Position numbers and translations under genes: made by a program | DNA from: Candidatus Obscuribacteraceae bacterium | Lineage (GTDB): Bacteria > Cyanobacteriota > Vampirovibrionia > Obscuribacterales > Obscuribacteraceae | Length of the DNA: 64,000 nucleotides | Direction: 5' to 3' | Assembly (NCBI GenBank): GCA_044226015.1 | Contig: JBGAHS010000009.1 | Location: 320,001-384,000 of the forward strand | Shown: positions 52,775-62,748 of the stretch, one piece after another | Position numbering within the stretch: position 1 is the stretch's first letter | Layout: each line of letters opens with the position of its first letter | The notes under the pieces: model-generated | Told to the model about the DNA's origin: nothing | The model's database searches: none | The model's input: only the letters and a program-made list of their open reading frames with translations

Positions 52775-53119
52775 CGTTTTCGTGGTCAGCAATCAATTCT
52801 CATTTGAATGTGAACGGGGGGGCGATGTCCTTGATTCATGAGTCTTGCTTGCTGTTTTGGCTTTCGCCGTTTCGGTCTCCTATTGTGTTCCGCTTGCGCG
52901 GTGCGTTTCATGCTTATAACTTTATTCTCGCTGATGGATCTTTTTCGGGCACGCTTGTGACTTTTTTGGGGCGGCGTCTTAAATCAGTTTCTTCAGAAAC
53001 ATCAGGACAAAGCAAACTAGCATTCAGGGAAAACCCCAGCTTGCATTCAACCTATTTCTGGCAGATGTTGAATCCCCTTAGGTCTAGACTGAGAAAGTTA
53101 GATAAAAGAGGAATGCGCT

Positions 53120-54166
53120 ATGTCGTCGAAACGCTTACTGCTCGCTTCAGCTTGCCTCGTTGCTGGGTCCATCCTCCTATGTAGCGGCATCCAGGCAAAA
53201 GACGCTGAGCCTTCAAAAGCTAAGCCTAAAATTGATTTGGCATTTTGTATCGATACAACAGGTTCGATGCAAGGTGAAATCGATGTGGTAAAGACCAAAA
53301 CAAAGGAAATCGTAGCAAAGTTGAGCGGAACGAAGCCCATTCCTGAGATTCGCGTTGGGCTTGTTGCTTATCGAGATCGCGGTGATTCTTATGTGACCAA
53401 AGTCTTCCAGTTTTCAGGAAATGTTGACCAGGTTGTTAAAGATATATCGTCTTTGCAGGCTGATGGTGGTGGAGATGAACCCGAAGCTGTGAACGAGGCC
53501 CTGCACGCAGCAGTGCACGACCTGAGCTGGAGCAATGACAAAAAAGCCGTCAAGCTTCTTTTCCTCATTGGCGATGCTGGTCCTAGCACTTATCCAAATG
53601 ATTACAATTGGTCTACCGAGAGTAAACAGGCTATTGCTAAGGGAATCCAAATTAACACTATTGCCTGCGGCAATATGGCCGCATCAAGCGCTGCGCATGA
53701 AGTTTTTGAAAAAATTGCAAAGTTATCCGACGGCAAAAGTGAATTTCTAACTTACAAGCAAGACATTGTTGATGCTAGAACTGGTAAGCATGAGATGTTG
53801 GTTGCTTCGGGTGGCAAGACATATAAACTCTCCAAGCCTTCGTCTTATAGTTGGAAATCTGGCGCCGATAGCTTGATGGCTCGAGGTGCATTGGCTCCTC
53901 TTCCATCTGCATCGTATACTTCGAGTCTTGCTGGTAGTCATGCAAGTGACGCAGGGGCAAGCTACGGTGAAGGGGCGACGAGTTTCGCGGCGCCTATGGC
54001 ACCTTCAGCTAGAGTTGCAGGACGATTGCATCCTTCTGCAACATCGATGCGAGCTGCATCCTACGGTGCAAGTTCTGTCGGTCGATCTGAAAGCAATCTC
54101 GATGATATTGTTTTGGGTGCCACCAAAGAAGCTGCAAAAAAGAAGGCAAACATCGAGTACAAATAA
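53120..54166 (+). CDS. Secreted VWA-domain protein
   Basis: Signal peptide, MIDAS DTTGSM, VAYRD, GGGDEPEA, IGDA. Confidence 0.9.
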   Translation: MSSKRLLLASACLVAGSILLCSGIQAKDAEPSKAKPKIDLAFCIDTTGSMQGEIDVVKTKTKEIVAKLSGTKPIPEIRVGLVAYRDRGDSYVTKVFQFSGNVDQVVKDISSLQADGGGDEPEAVNEALHAAVHDLSWSNDKKAVKLLFLIGDAGPSTYPNDYNWSTESKQAIAKGIQINTIACGNMAASSAAHEVFEKIAKLSDGKSEFLTYKQDIVDARTGKHEMLVASGGKTYKLSKPSSYSWKSGADSLMARGALAPLPSASYTSSLAGSHASDAGASYGEGATSFAAPMAPSARVAGRLHPSATSMRAASYGASSVGRSESNLDDIVLGATKEAAKKKANIEYK

Positions 54167-54186
54167 TCTAGTCCATTGCGGAAAAG

Positions 54187-54219
54187 AAAAGGGATGCGAG
54201 GTGTGTCGCATCCCTTTTT
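54187..54219. terminator. Bidirectional terminator
   Basis: AAAAGGGATGCGA-N6-TCGCATCCCTTTT between convergent genes. Confidence 0.85.
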
Positions 54220-54220
54220 A

Positions 54221-55651
54221 CTAATATTTTTTCTTGTAGCGTCCTTGCACAATTGCGTCGAATATTTCTCCCGGCGCGAGATGTTCGTTGCTGTTCATCA
54301 CTCTATCGTAGAGCTCGTCTGGCAATACCCGCAAAACGGTCATCAGTCCTTTTACGCCTGACTGCCATCCTTTCCTCATTCCACGAACTTCTCGCCTGGA
54401 AAGAATTTTTGCCATTCGCTCGGGGCTCATTTCGTCGCTCATCATCATTCCCACCATTCCCTGTGGAAATCCGGGATACTGCATTCCTTTTTCCCCTAGA
54501 ATATTTACTGGGTCTGGAGTGTCAGGCATTGCAGCGATGTATTCGTTAGTGATCGTAGCCTGTCGCATTCGAGGACCAATTTGTCTGACCATATGATTCA
54601 TCATGTGGTGGGTCATGTGGCAATGAAAAATCCAGTCACCAGGGTTGTTGGCTATAAATTCGAAATCTTGTGCCATTGCCACACCTAGGAGAGTGTTGTT
54701 TCGAGGAATCCAGGCGGACTCTGGAATTCTTCCCCCCTCAGTTCCAGTAAGCCAGAACGTGTGTCCATGGAAGTGAATCGGGTGATGTTGAACCGGGCTG
54801 AAATTAACAAGCCGAACTCTAACTCTCTCACCATGGCGCACCACCATCGGTGTTGTGAAAGGTCCCGAACGACCATTGATTGTATGCCAGTTCCAGTCCA
54901 TCAAGCTTGAATCTACAATTGACGAATTAGGACCGATATAAAAGTTCTGATATACAAGCGCGAAGTCTCTGTCAACTGAAGGTTCAAAAGCAACTCTTGG
55001 ATGAACAATGAATAGTCCCATCATCCCCATGGTTTCTTGCATAGCAACATGCGAATGGTAAAAGAACGTTCCTGTTTGGTGCAGATCTAATTCATAGACG
55101 AAGCTCTGACCAGGTTGAACTAAACTCTGAACCAAGCCTGGCACGCCATCCATTGCTATGGCTAGCTCGAAACCATGCAAGTGTAAGGAGGTTGCTTCGG
55201 GCAGATCATTATGTAGCACTATGCGTATACGGTCACCTTGATACGCTTCAATGACTGGTCCGGGTACGCTGCCGTTATAGCCCCAAACACTCATGAACTC
55301 GCCAGGCAGAAACTCTTGACGAACAACCATGCTTCTTACATGGAATTCCTTCACGCCGTTAACCATCTTGTATTCGAGTTTCTTCGAGTCTGGTGCGTGG
55401 ACTGGCACTGGCGCCTGGTTAGGTGCTCGCAAGCCAGGCATCAGTTTACCCAGATAGTACTTATTGTCTGTGGGTCCGCCGTAGCTTGGTTTATATCGAG
55501 AATACTCATGAAACTGATTCGGTTCGTTATGGCTGATTGAGATGTGCGGGGGTGAACTTGCAGCGTGCGCTTCTTTGCCCAATAGTGATGCAAGAGTGAA
55601 TGCTGACCCCGCCGAGATAAAGTCTCTTCTTGAATTTTTCTTCTCTGTCAT
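54221..55651 (-). CDS. Tat-exported two-domain multicopper oxidase
   Basis: SRRDFI Tat motif; HLHG, YHSH, HPIHFHGH, HCHMTHHM; Met-rich tail. Confidence 0.9.
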   Translation of the reverse strand: MTEKKNSRRDFISAGSAFTLASLLGKEAHAASSPPHISISHNEPNQFHEYSRYKPSYGGPTDNKYYLGKLMPGLRAPNQAPVPVHAPDSKKLEYKMVNGVKEFHVRSMVVRQEFLPGEFMSVWGYNGSVPGPVIEAYQGDRIRIVLHNDLPEATSLHLHGFELAIAMDGVPGLVQSLVQPGQSFVYELDLHQTGTFFYHSHVAMQETMGMMGLFIVHPRVAFEPSVDRDFALVYQNFYIGPNSSIVDSSLMDWNWHTINGRSGPFTTPMVVRHGERVRVRLVNFSPVQHHPIHFHGHTFWLTGTEGGRIPESAWIPRNNTLLGVAMAQDFEFIANNPGDWIFHCHMTHHMMNHMVRQIGPRMRQATITNEYIAAMPDTPDPVNILGEKGMQYPGFPQGMVGMMMSDEMSPERMAKILSRREVRGMRKGWQSGVKGLMTVLRVLPDELYDRVMNSNEHLAPGEIFDAIVQGRYKKKY

Positions 55652-55655
55652 GCTT

Positions 55656-57353
55656 TTATCTCGGCTTTGGAACTGCATCGATGTGACCTGGAGGATCTAT
55701 TCCCGGAGGCGGCGTCAACGCTCCTGTCAGAACGAAACCATTCAGAAGTGACTCCGCCTTACGCCATGAATATAATTGATTGACGTAATCCATCCTCAGT
55801 GCAAAAAAGTCGCGCTGCGCTTCAAGCACCTCCGGCCACTCTGAGCGTGTGTTCCTGTAACTGTTTAGCATGAGGAGATAACGTTGTTCAGCCTCCGGGA
55901 GAATTGTGTTCTGATACGAAACAACATGCTGCACTGCGGATGAATAGTCAGCGTAAACTTCAGCAAGGTCTTTTCTCAACCGTAGCTCCGTGAGTTTTAC
56001 CTGTGCTTTTTGCCTTTCCAGATCCGCTTCTGCCTGTTGCACAGTGCCTTGATTGCGGTCGAAAAGCGGAATGTTCACTATGCTTACTGTTGCTTTTGCA
56101 GCAGCACCTCTATCCAGTGGATCATATCCAGCTCCACCCGAGAGCACCAGATTTGGTATCTTTTGTCTCTTTTCTCGTTTTAGGGTGATTTCATCTGATC
56201 TTAGCTTTTCGTGACTCTCTGATAACTCAGGGCTGCTCTCGAATAGATGCTTCAATGTGCTTTCCCAGCTGATTGTATCTGGGGTTCCATCGAAAGCACC
56301 ATCAGGGTTCCGATATGGCATTGTTACGCCTGCAACTGCGGTGAGTTCTTGCCAGGCACCATTCAGGTGATTCTGAGCTTCTAAAACGCTAAGCTTTTGT
56401 TTTTCCAGTCTGATTTTCGCCATATGAAGAGAAGCCGTGTTAGCCTCTCCTAGATTGAACATTTCGTTGCTTGTGAGCCAACTATCCGTTAACGACTTTT
56501 CCAATTGTTTCTCTAACTTGAGTCTTTCAAGGCATGCTTGCAGTTTGAAAAAATGGATTTTGGTATCATTAACGACTCTGTTTTGCTGAGCTAGTAGCTG
56601 TCGTTTTGATGCTTCCGCGCGTGCTTTATATTTCTCACGACTCAACTTAAGCTTTCCACCAAGAATGATTTCTTGCTCGACATAAGAACCTTGAAACTCA
56701 CCGGCACCATTTCCTGGACCTGGCAATCCCATCAAATCGCCATTATATGAAAGGCTAGGGTTAGGAAACAGTCCTGCTTGTAAAGCTTGACCCAGCGCTG
56801 CTTTTATCTGTGCTCTGGCTTGAATTAGCGTGGGGTTGTTTTCTTGTGCCATTTTGACCATTGCATCGAGAGTTATGGTCGCTGCCTCGATGGGATTTTG
56901 AACTGAGAGCCATTGTTGTTGTCGCCCAGCGGGAATTTGCTTAAGAGGCTGCGGCATATCCATAATGCCCATATCCGTGCTGGGATCCATCTTCATGCTG
57001 GGATCCATCTTCATGCTGGGATCCATCTTCATGCTGGGATCCATCTTCATGCTGGGATCCATCTTCATGCTGGGATCCATCTTCATGCTGGGATCCATCT
57101 TCATGCTGGGATCCATCTTCATGTTGGCTTCGGATTTATTTTTCTTCGCTTTACGCTGTGGAACTGCGGCAAGACTTAAGTTACTGTATCCGGTGCTCTG
57201 GGAGTAGGCACTCAGGCAACTTTGACCGAGAATCGAAAAGAACAAAACCGATATTATTACTAACTTGAATGACACAATTGAGACAATGATTCTGGCTAGA
57301 CTAATGCATAGTACCATCGTGTGGATACGGGTACAATCAGGTCCAAAGAGCAT
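55656..57353 (-). CDS. TolC/CzcC-family outer-membrane efflux protein with Met-rich repeat
   Basis: AQENNPTL, QAGLFPNP, LGGKL, IPLFDRNQG; start uncertain (57317 possible). Confidence 0.88.
   Translation of the reverse strand: MLFGPDCTRIHTMVLCISLARIIVSIVSFKLVIISVLFFSILGQSCLSAYSQSTGYSNLSLAAVPQRKAKKNKSEANMKMDPSMKMDPSMKMDPSMKMDPSMKMDPSMKMDPSMKMDPSMKMDPSTDMGIMDMPQPLKQIPAGRQQQWLSVQNPIEAATITLDAMVKMAQENNPTLIQARAQIKAALGQALQAGLFPNPSLSYNGDLMGLPGPGNGAGEFQGSYVEQEIILGGKLKLSREKYKARAEASKRQLLAQQNRVVNDTKIHFFKLQACLERLKLEKQLEKSLTDSWLTSNEMFNLGEANTASLHMAKIRLEKQKLSVLEAQNHLNGAWQELTAVAGVTMPYRNPDGAFDGTPDTISWESTLKHLFESSPELSESHEKLRSDEITLKREKRQKIPNLVLSGGAGYDPLDRGAAAKATVSIVNIPLFDRNQGTVQQAEADLERQKAQVKLTELRLRKDLAEVYADYSSAVQHVVSYQNTILPEAEQRYLLMLNSYRNTRSEWPEVLEAQRDFFALRMDYVNQLYSWRKAESLLNGFVLTGALTPPPGIDPPGHIDAVPKPR
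56979..57122 (-). repeat. 8 perfect 18-bp tandem repeats encoding (MKMDPS)8
   Basis: GCTGGGATCCATCTTCAT x 8 on the + strand. Confidence 0.98.
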
Positions 57354-57379
57354 CTGGAAGATATGTCAAACTTATATAA

Positions 57380-59389
57380 CTAACTTTGCTTTGGTGACTT
57401 TAGCGCTTCAGTTTGTTTTCGAATCTTTGCTATCCATTCATGGATTTCCGGAATCTTAGCTGTTCCTACGTTAGTGCGCTCAATCAAAGCAAGTAGATCT
57501 AAAGCAAAAGATTCAGCTAACGCATATTCTTTTTTGTCATACATGTGACGTGAGAGATGCATAATAATTACGTCAGTATGCTCGCAGACGGTCACCATTT
57601 CTGCTGGATTTTCGGCTAACAGTTCTTTCTCAATTCCCTTGCCGCTAATGTTTGGCGTGTACGCTCCAGCATACTCTACAAGAGACTTCTCGTAATTTTT
57701 CAGTATATTCAGTGCTTTTGTCCTTTGCCCCATTAAACTGTGAATATCATAGGACTGCAGCATAGCAGCCTCCTGGGCATCTGGACCACCGCGTGTGCTT
57801 TTGAGCGAAAGCTCAATTTCTTTCAATGCAAGGTCATAATTTCCCTCAGTCCTTGCAATTTCGGCAAAGAACAAATGTGCTGAACCAACATTAGTTCTAG
57901 GGTAATGTGGCTGTAGCAGCGCTGAAATCGAGTTCGACTTTAACGTCGGATCAGCCTCCTCCATGCGCTCTTTGAGGCGCAGAGTCTTAATAAGTAATTC
58001 TTTGGCTTCTTTGTTCTTGTTAAGATCGTAGTAGATTTTTGCCAGCTCAAAATATGGTTCAGCACTTTCAGCTGTGTCTTCTCCTTCGGCGGTTCGAGAG
58101 TACTTAAGTGCTTCGTTCATACTGTGTAGCGACTCACTATCTGGCTTGCGAAGTTCGCGCTCAAGCCTTCCTTTTTCTATATTTGCAAGGAAAAGTATCT
58201 CTCTTTGATTAGGTGTTTTGAACTTTCTGTCAAGAAAGGATGTCAGTCTGCTCAGGCTGGTCGCAGCGTACTTTGCATCAATGTTCTCATCTGAGCGTTG
58301 AAACTTGTATCTTGTATCTGCCAGCTCAGTGAGAATCTGATTCAAGTCTCCTTCAACAGTTTGGCTATTGTGCTTCTTCTTGCTGATGGATGATTGTGCC
58401 TTGGGCTGTTTTGGTAATGCGAGATCCCTGTGCTTTGGCATCAGCAGGGTAACTGTCCCTGCCACTGTAAGAAGTGCGAGAATTGCTATGGACGGTCCTG
58501 TTAGCGAATTCTCCTTTACTTTATTTGTAAGCAAACTTTTGCATGCCGCATTCATATCTTCCATGCTTGAAAAACGCAGCTGCGGGTTTTTGTCCATGCC
58601 TTTTTCGATAAACAGTTGTGCATATTTTGGACTTTCGCCGCTTTTGAGTGATTTGATTTTTGGAACTTTGTCGTTCATATGCTGATAAATAACAGCCATC
58701 GAATTCTCAGAGTCGTATGGTGGCGTTCCAGCGAGCATTTCAAAGAATGTCGAACTTAGCGAATAGATGTCTGTTCTGAAATCGACTTTTTGCCCCTGGC
58801 ACTGCTCTGGGCTCATATAGTTGACTGAGCCAATCAAGAGACCTGTCTGAGTTAGTTTCTGAATCGTTTGATGATTCTCCGGCGTCGAAAATTTTGCCAG
58901 TCCGAAGTCGATTACTTTGACAAAATCGGCGTTAGGGTCATCTTGGAGAAATATGTTTTCTGGTTTTATATCTCTGTGGACGACTCCCTCTTTATGGGCA
59001 AAAGACAAAGCCTTGCATACCTGACTACAGACGTGACAAGCTCGTTCAAGGCTGAGTCGGCCTTCTTTCTGAATCAGAGCTTTTAAACTTTGTCCTGGTA
59101 ATAATTCAAATGCTATGTATGGCAGCCCAATAGCAGCAATACCCAGATGGTAAATTGTCACTATGTTTTCATGACGTAGTTTATTGAGCAGAACAGCTTC
59201 TTGCAAAAATCTGGCTTTCATTTCAGGGTCTTGAGCCCATTCATGATGTACCACTTTTAGAGCCACCAGGCGATTTATGTCTACCTGTCTTGCTTTGAAA
59301 ACAGTCGCAACTCCACCCGAGCCAATAGCTTCGATCAGTTCGTATTTTTCATCGAACAGCTCGCCCGCTTTTGGAACATAGTCTGACAT
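57380..59389 (-). CDS. Hanks-type Ser/Thr kinase, TM helix, TPR C-terminus
   Basis: GSGGVA, VALK, HRDIKPEN, DFG, YMSPEQ. Confidence 0.93.
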   Translation of the reverse strand: MSDYVPKAGELFDEKYELIEAIGSGGVATVFKARQVDINRLVALKVVHHEWAQDPEMKARFLQEAVLLNKLRHENIVTIYHLGIAAIGLPYIAFELLPGQSLKALIQKEGRLSLERACHVCSQVCKALSFAHKEGVVHRDIKPENIFLQDDPNADFVKVIDFGLAKFSTPENHQTIQKLTQTGLLIGSVNYMSPEQCQGQKVDFRTDIYSLSSTFFEMLAGTPPYDSENSMAVIYQHMNDKVPKIKSLKSGESPKYAQLFIEKGMDKNPQLRFSSMEDMNAACKSLLTNKVKENSLTGPSIAILALLTVAGTVTLLMPKHRDLALPKQPKAQSSISKKKHNSQTVEGDLNQILTELADTRYKFQRSDENIDAKYAATSLSRLTSFLDRKFKTPNQREILFLANIEKGRLERELRKPDSESLHSMNEALKYSRTAEGEDTAESAEPYFELAKIYYDLNKNKEAKELLIKTLRLKERMEEADPTLKSNSISALLQPHYPRTNVGSAHLFFAEIARTEGNYDLALKEIELSLKSTRGGPDAQEAAMLQSYDIHSLMGQRTKALNILKNYEKSLVEYAGAYTPNISGKGIEKELLAENPAEMVTVCEHTDVIIMHLSRHMYDKKEYALAESFALDLLALIERTNVGTAKIPEIHEWIAKIRKQTEALKSPKQS

Positions 59390-59391
59390 AA

Positions 59392-61749
59392 CTAAAGCTC
59401 AGCACTATATTGGTAAGCCGGAAGCATGAAGTCAAAGCCGCTGGAATTCATATTTTGCTGACTGATTGATTTCTCTATTAAGGCTGCTGCGTCCTTTCTA
59501 TTGACTCCGGTCAACGCTTGAGCTTTTAGCATCAGGCAGTAATAGTGAAGCGCCATGTCATCAGTCTTTCGGAGTGACTCAAGCGCAATGTCTATCATCT
59601 CAAGACCTGCATCGTATTTCTTCTCTTGCAATAGTGCTAAAGCCTGAAGTGCGTAAAACTCAGCCTTTAGTGATGGGCGCTTAAGTGCTTGCTTCTTGTA
59701 TTTGCTTATCAGGTCTTGTGCCTGAGCGATTTGATTCTTGTAAATGAGTATTCTTGCTAGCGTAGCTACGTGTCCGAAACGGTTTCCGTTTAGCGCGGGG
59801 TTATCCTTGATGTCCTCAATTGCTGCATCGGTTTTATCAGAGAGAACCTTTGTAACCGCAGCTGCATCGATAAGGTCGTCGCTCAAAACTTCAAAGTTTT
59901 TGAAGTTCAGAGATGGAAAATTTTCGGCTTTGAGTGAGGCAATCAACGAGTTACAGCTATCGAGCGCAGCTGTGTACTTCTTTTCTGCGCAGAGGACTCT
60001 GGCTTTGAGGCAGGTCAAATAGATTGCAGCGTCTATGTCGTTTTCGTCCCAATCGCCTGGAGAAGTCGTGCTTAACGAATCATTTAGCACCTTATCGCAT
60101 TTTGCGAGATCTGACTGAACGAGGAGTGCATCAACATAGCGCGAAAGAACCAGGCAATAGTATTTTCTTGCGAGTCCTTTGCTGTCTTTCAGTAAAGACA
60201 TCGCAGCTAATTGATTTACTTGTGCTTCTGTCAACTTACCTGTGACTGTGGCTATATCAGCCATCTGCATGTGAGCCCGTGCTTTAATCAACAAATCGCT
60301 GCTGTCCTTGACGAGACCTTGCAAAATTTGTTTTGATTCGTTTAGTTTCCCTTGCTTCATCAGTAGATCGGAAAGTTCTAATTGCAGTCTTTCTTTTCCT
60401 GGCGCCAAAGACCCATCTGATAGATTTTGAACATACATAGAAGCTCGAATTTCCTTCTCTGCTTCTTTCCAATCTGAAATGTGACTGTAGAGTCCGGCAA
60501 GCCCATAATGTGCCATGGCTAAAACCTCGTTGTCAATTGAGTTTGAGCCATCGGCGCGCTCTTCTGCGCGGGCAATAGCATTGCGATACAAGGCTCTGGC
60601 TTCGTCTTCATGGTGAAGAATTCTCAATTCATCAGCCTGTTTCAGCATAGCCAATGGTGAAATTACACGCTTCGTTTTGCTTTCTGTGAATTTCTTTCCT
60701 AGTGCAACTTCTCCAGGGTCTTTTCGTTCCGGACCTTTCCAAATCGCGTAAGTGACCAGGCCCATTAACAAAAACAAGATGACTAGCAGGGCGATTTTGA
60801 GTGGCTTTTCGTCATCTATTACAGGCTCATCTGGCAATTTCTCTTTTGCAAAAACAGTTGAAATCGACATGTTCATAGCACGCGGACGTTTCCCATCCAG
60901 AAATCGATTGAGGTCGAGTTTTAATTGATCCATCGATTCGTAGCGATCTTCTGGACGTTTAGCCATGCATTTGAAAACAATCTTTTCGACAGGTCCCGGA
61001 ATCTTCAATTCAGGACAAGCTTTTTCAAATGATAAGGGGACTTCGCCGACTTGCTTTTGCAAGGTTTCCATTAAGGTCTCACCCTTTAATGGTGGCTTGC
61101 CGGTTATACATGCGTACATGAGGCAACCGAAAGAATAGATATCAGTTCTTGTATCTACATCTCTGCCCATGCATTGCTCGGGGCTCATGTAGAGAGGGCT
61201 TCCGATAATTGCACCTTTTGCAGTCAGATTTTGCAGTTCTTGCCCCGAGCTTGGCAGAAGTTTTGCCAAACCGAAATCACTGAGGTAAGCCTTTTCGCTT
61301 CCGTCCGAATCAATGCAAATTATGATATTTCCAGGCTTGATGCTGCGGTGCACCACCCCTAGTGCATGAGCCTGAGACAGTGCATCGGCAATTTCGATGA
61401 AAATTTTCCATGCGCGCGGCAAAATCAATCGACCCTGCTTCAAAATATCTGCCAGCGTTATGCCCTCGATGAAGTCCATCAATAGATACGGCTGGCCGTC
61501 AGCTGTTCTTTCGATTGCATGAACATGGACAATGTTGGGATGAGAAAGAAGCATTGCTGCTTTAGCTTCCTGCTCGAAACGCTTGAGTGAATCTTCCTTT
61601 TCTAAAAGATAGCTGTGCAGCAGTTTTACCGCATATATCTTGTTGTCGCTTAGTCTTTTGACCTTATAGACAACACTAGAAGCTCCGTGACCCAGAGCTT
61701 CCAGAATTTCGAATTCACCAGCTAGCTGTTCTCCTACGAGCGAATTCAT
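59392..61749 (-). CDS. Hanks-type kinase-fold protein lacking the catalytic Asp (probable pseudokinase), TM helix, TPR C-terminus
   Basis: GHGASS, AVK, HRSIKPGN, DFG, YMSPEQ. Confidence 0.9.
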   Translation of the reverse strand: MNSLVGEQLAGEFEILEALGHGASSVVYKVKRLSDNKIYAVKLLHSYLLEKEDSLKRFEQEAKAAMLLSHPNIVHVHAIERTADGQPYLLMDFIEGITLADILKQGRLILPRAWKIFIEIADALSQAHALGVVHRSIKPGNIIICIDSDGSEKAYLSDFGLAKLLPSSGQELQNLTAKGAIIGSPLYMSPEQCMGRDVDTRTDIYSFGCLMYACITGKPPLKGETLMETLQKQVGEVPLSFEKACPELKIPGPVEKIVFKCMAKRPEDRYESMDQLKLDLNRFLDGKRPRAMNMSISTVFAKEKLPDEPVIDDEKPLKIALLVILFLLMGLVTYAIWKGPERKDPGEVALGKKFTESKTKRVISPLAMLKQADELRILHHEDEARALYRNAIARAEERADGSNSIDNEVLAMAHYGLAGLYSHISDWKEAEKEIRASMYVQNLSDGSLAPGKERLQLELSDLLMKQGKLNESKQILQGLVKDSSDLLIKARAHMQMADIATVTGKLTEAQVNQLAAMSLLKDSKGLARKYYCLVLSRYVDALLVQSDLAKCDKVLNDSLSTTSPGDWDENDIDAAIYLTCLKARVLCAEKKYTAALDSCNSLIASLKAENFPSLNFKNFEVLSDDLIDAAAVTKVLSDKTDAAIEDIKDNPALNGNRFGHVATLARILIYKNQIAQAQDLISKYKKQALKRPSLKAEFYALQALALLQEKKYDAGLEMIDIALESLRKTDDMALHYYCLMLKAQALTGVNRKDAAALIEKSISQQNMNSSGFDFMLPAYQYSAEL

Positions 61750-61785
61750 CTGTTTTATTCACCTTGTAGCAATAAGAGCATTTGC

Positions 61786-62748
61786 TCAGCATTGAACAGT
61801 AGAGCGCTCGTTGTCGCGTGTTAACTCGTTGCGATACCACTCGATAGTGCGACTGAGACCTGTTCTGAGATCAACTTTCGGAGACCAGTTGAGCAGCTTT
61901 TTCGCGCGAGTAATATCAGGAAGTCTTCTTTGCGGATCGTCCTTAGGCAACGGTTCAAAGCGAATTGGATTGGGAACGTTTGTTAGTTCTTTAACTATAC
62001 TGGCGAGTTCAAGAACTGTCTTTTCATCTGGGTTGCCGATGTTAACAGGTTCATGAAAATCCACTTCCATAAGGGCCCGAATTCCATCAACGAGGTCAGA
62101 CACGTATTGGAAGCTGCGGGTCTGCTTTCCTTCACCGTAAATAGTTAGTTCTTGTCCAGTTATAGCTTGCTTTATGAAGGAAGAAACCACACGCCCATCG
62201 TCTGGACGGAGGCGTGGTCCATAGCAATTGAATATGCGCACGATGCGTGTATCCAGTGCGTGTTTGTTGTGATAAGCCATCGTCAGAGCTTCGGCAAATC
62301 TCTTAGCTTCGTCGTATACACCACGAGGTCCAATCGGATTCACATTACCCCAGTACTCTTCTGGCTGAGGATGCAGCAATGGGTCGCCGTACACTTCTGA
62401 AGTGCTTGCAAGAAAATACTTCGCTTTCTTAGCAAGTGCGAGTCCCAGTGTATTGTGAGTTCCCAGCGAATTTACCTTCAGTGTCTCGATGGGCAGATTC
62501 AAATAGTCTATGGGGCTTGCCGGGCTCGCGAAGTGAATTACCCAGTCAATATCACCGATCAGGTGAATGTGATTGCTCACATTATGGTGAATGAATTCGA
62601 ACTTTGTATTAGACATGTGCCTGGCAATGTTATTAAAATTGCCCGTCAGCAAATTGTCCATCACAAGGACGTTGTGACCTTCTTCCAGCAATCTATCTGT
62701 AAAATGAGAGCCGATGAAACCGGCTCCACCAGTTACTAAAACCCTCAC
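61786..62748 (-). CDS. UDP-glucuronate decarboxylase (UDP-xylose synthase) family SDR
   Basis: [43 protein letters not shown]. Confidence 0.93.
   Translation of the reverse strand: MRVLVTGGAGFIGSHFTDRLLEEGHNVLVMDNLLTGNFNNIARHMSNTKFEFIHHNVSNHIHLIGDIDWVIHFASPASPIDYLNLPIETLKVNSLGTHNTLGLALAKKAKYFLASTSEVYGDPLLHPQPEEYWGNVNPIGPRGVYDEAKRFAEALTMAYHNKHALDTRIVRIFNCYGPRLRPDDGRVVSSFIKQAITGQELTIYGEGKQTRSFQYVSDLVDGIRALMEVDFHEPVNIGNPDEKTVLELASIVKELTNVPNPIRFEPLPKDDPQRRLPDITRAKKLLNWSPKVDLRTGLSRTIEWYRNELTRDNERSTVQC

Noticed and set aside
52654..53184. 176-aa ORF with duplicated LSEGGRLNP
   Set aside because: The duplication reflects the hairpin repeat, whose changes preserve base pairing; TTG start without a clear RBS; overlaps the VWA gene.
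56913..57207. Plus-strand ORFs with HAGIHL / MLGSIF repeats
   Set aside because: Antisense shadows of the (MKMDPS)8 repeat in tolC.
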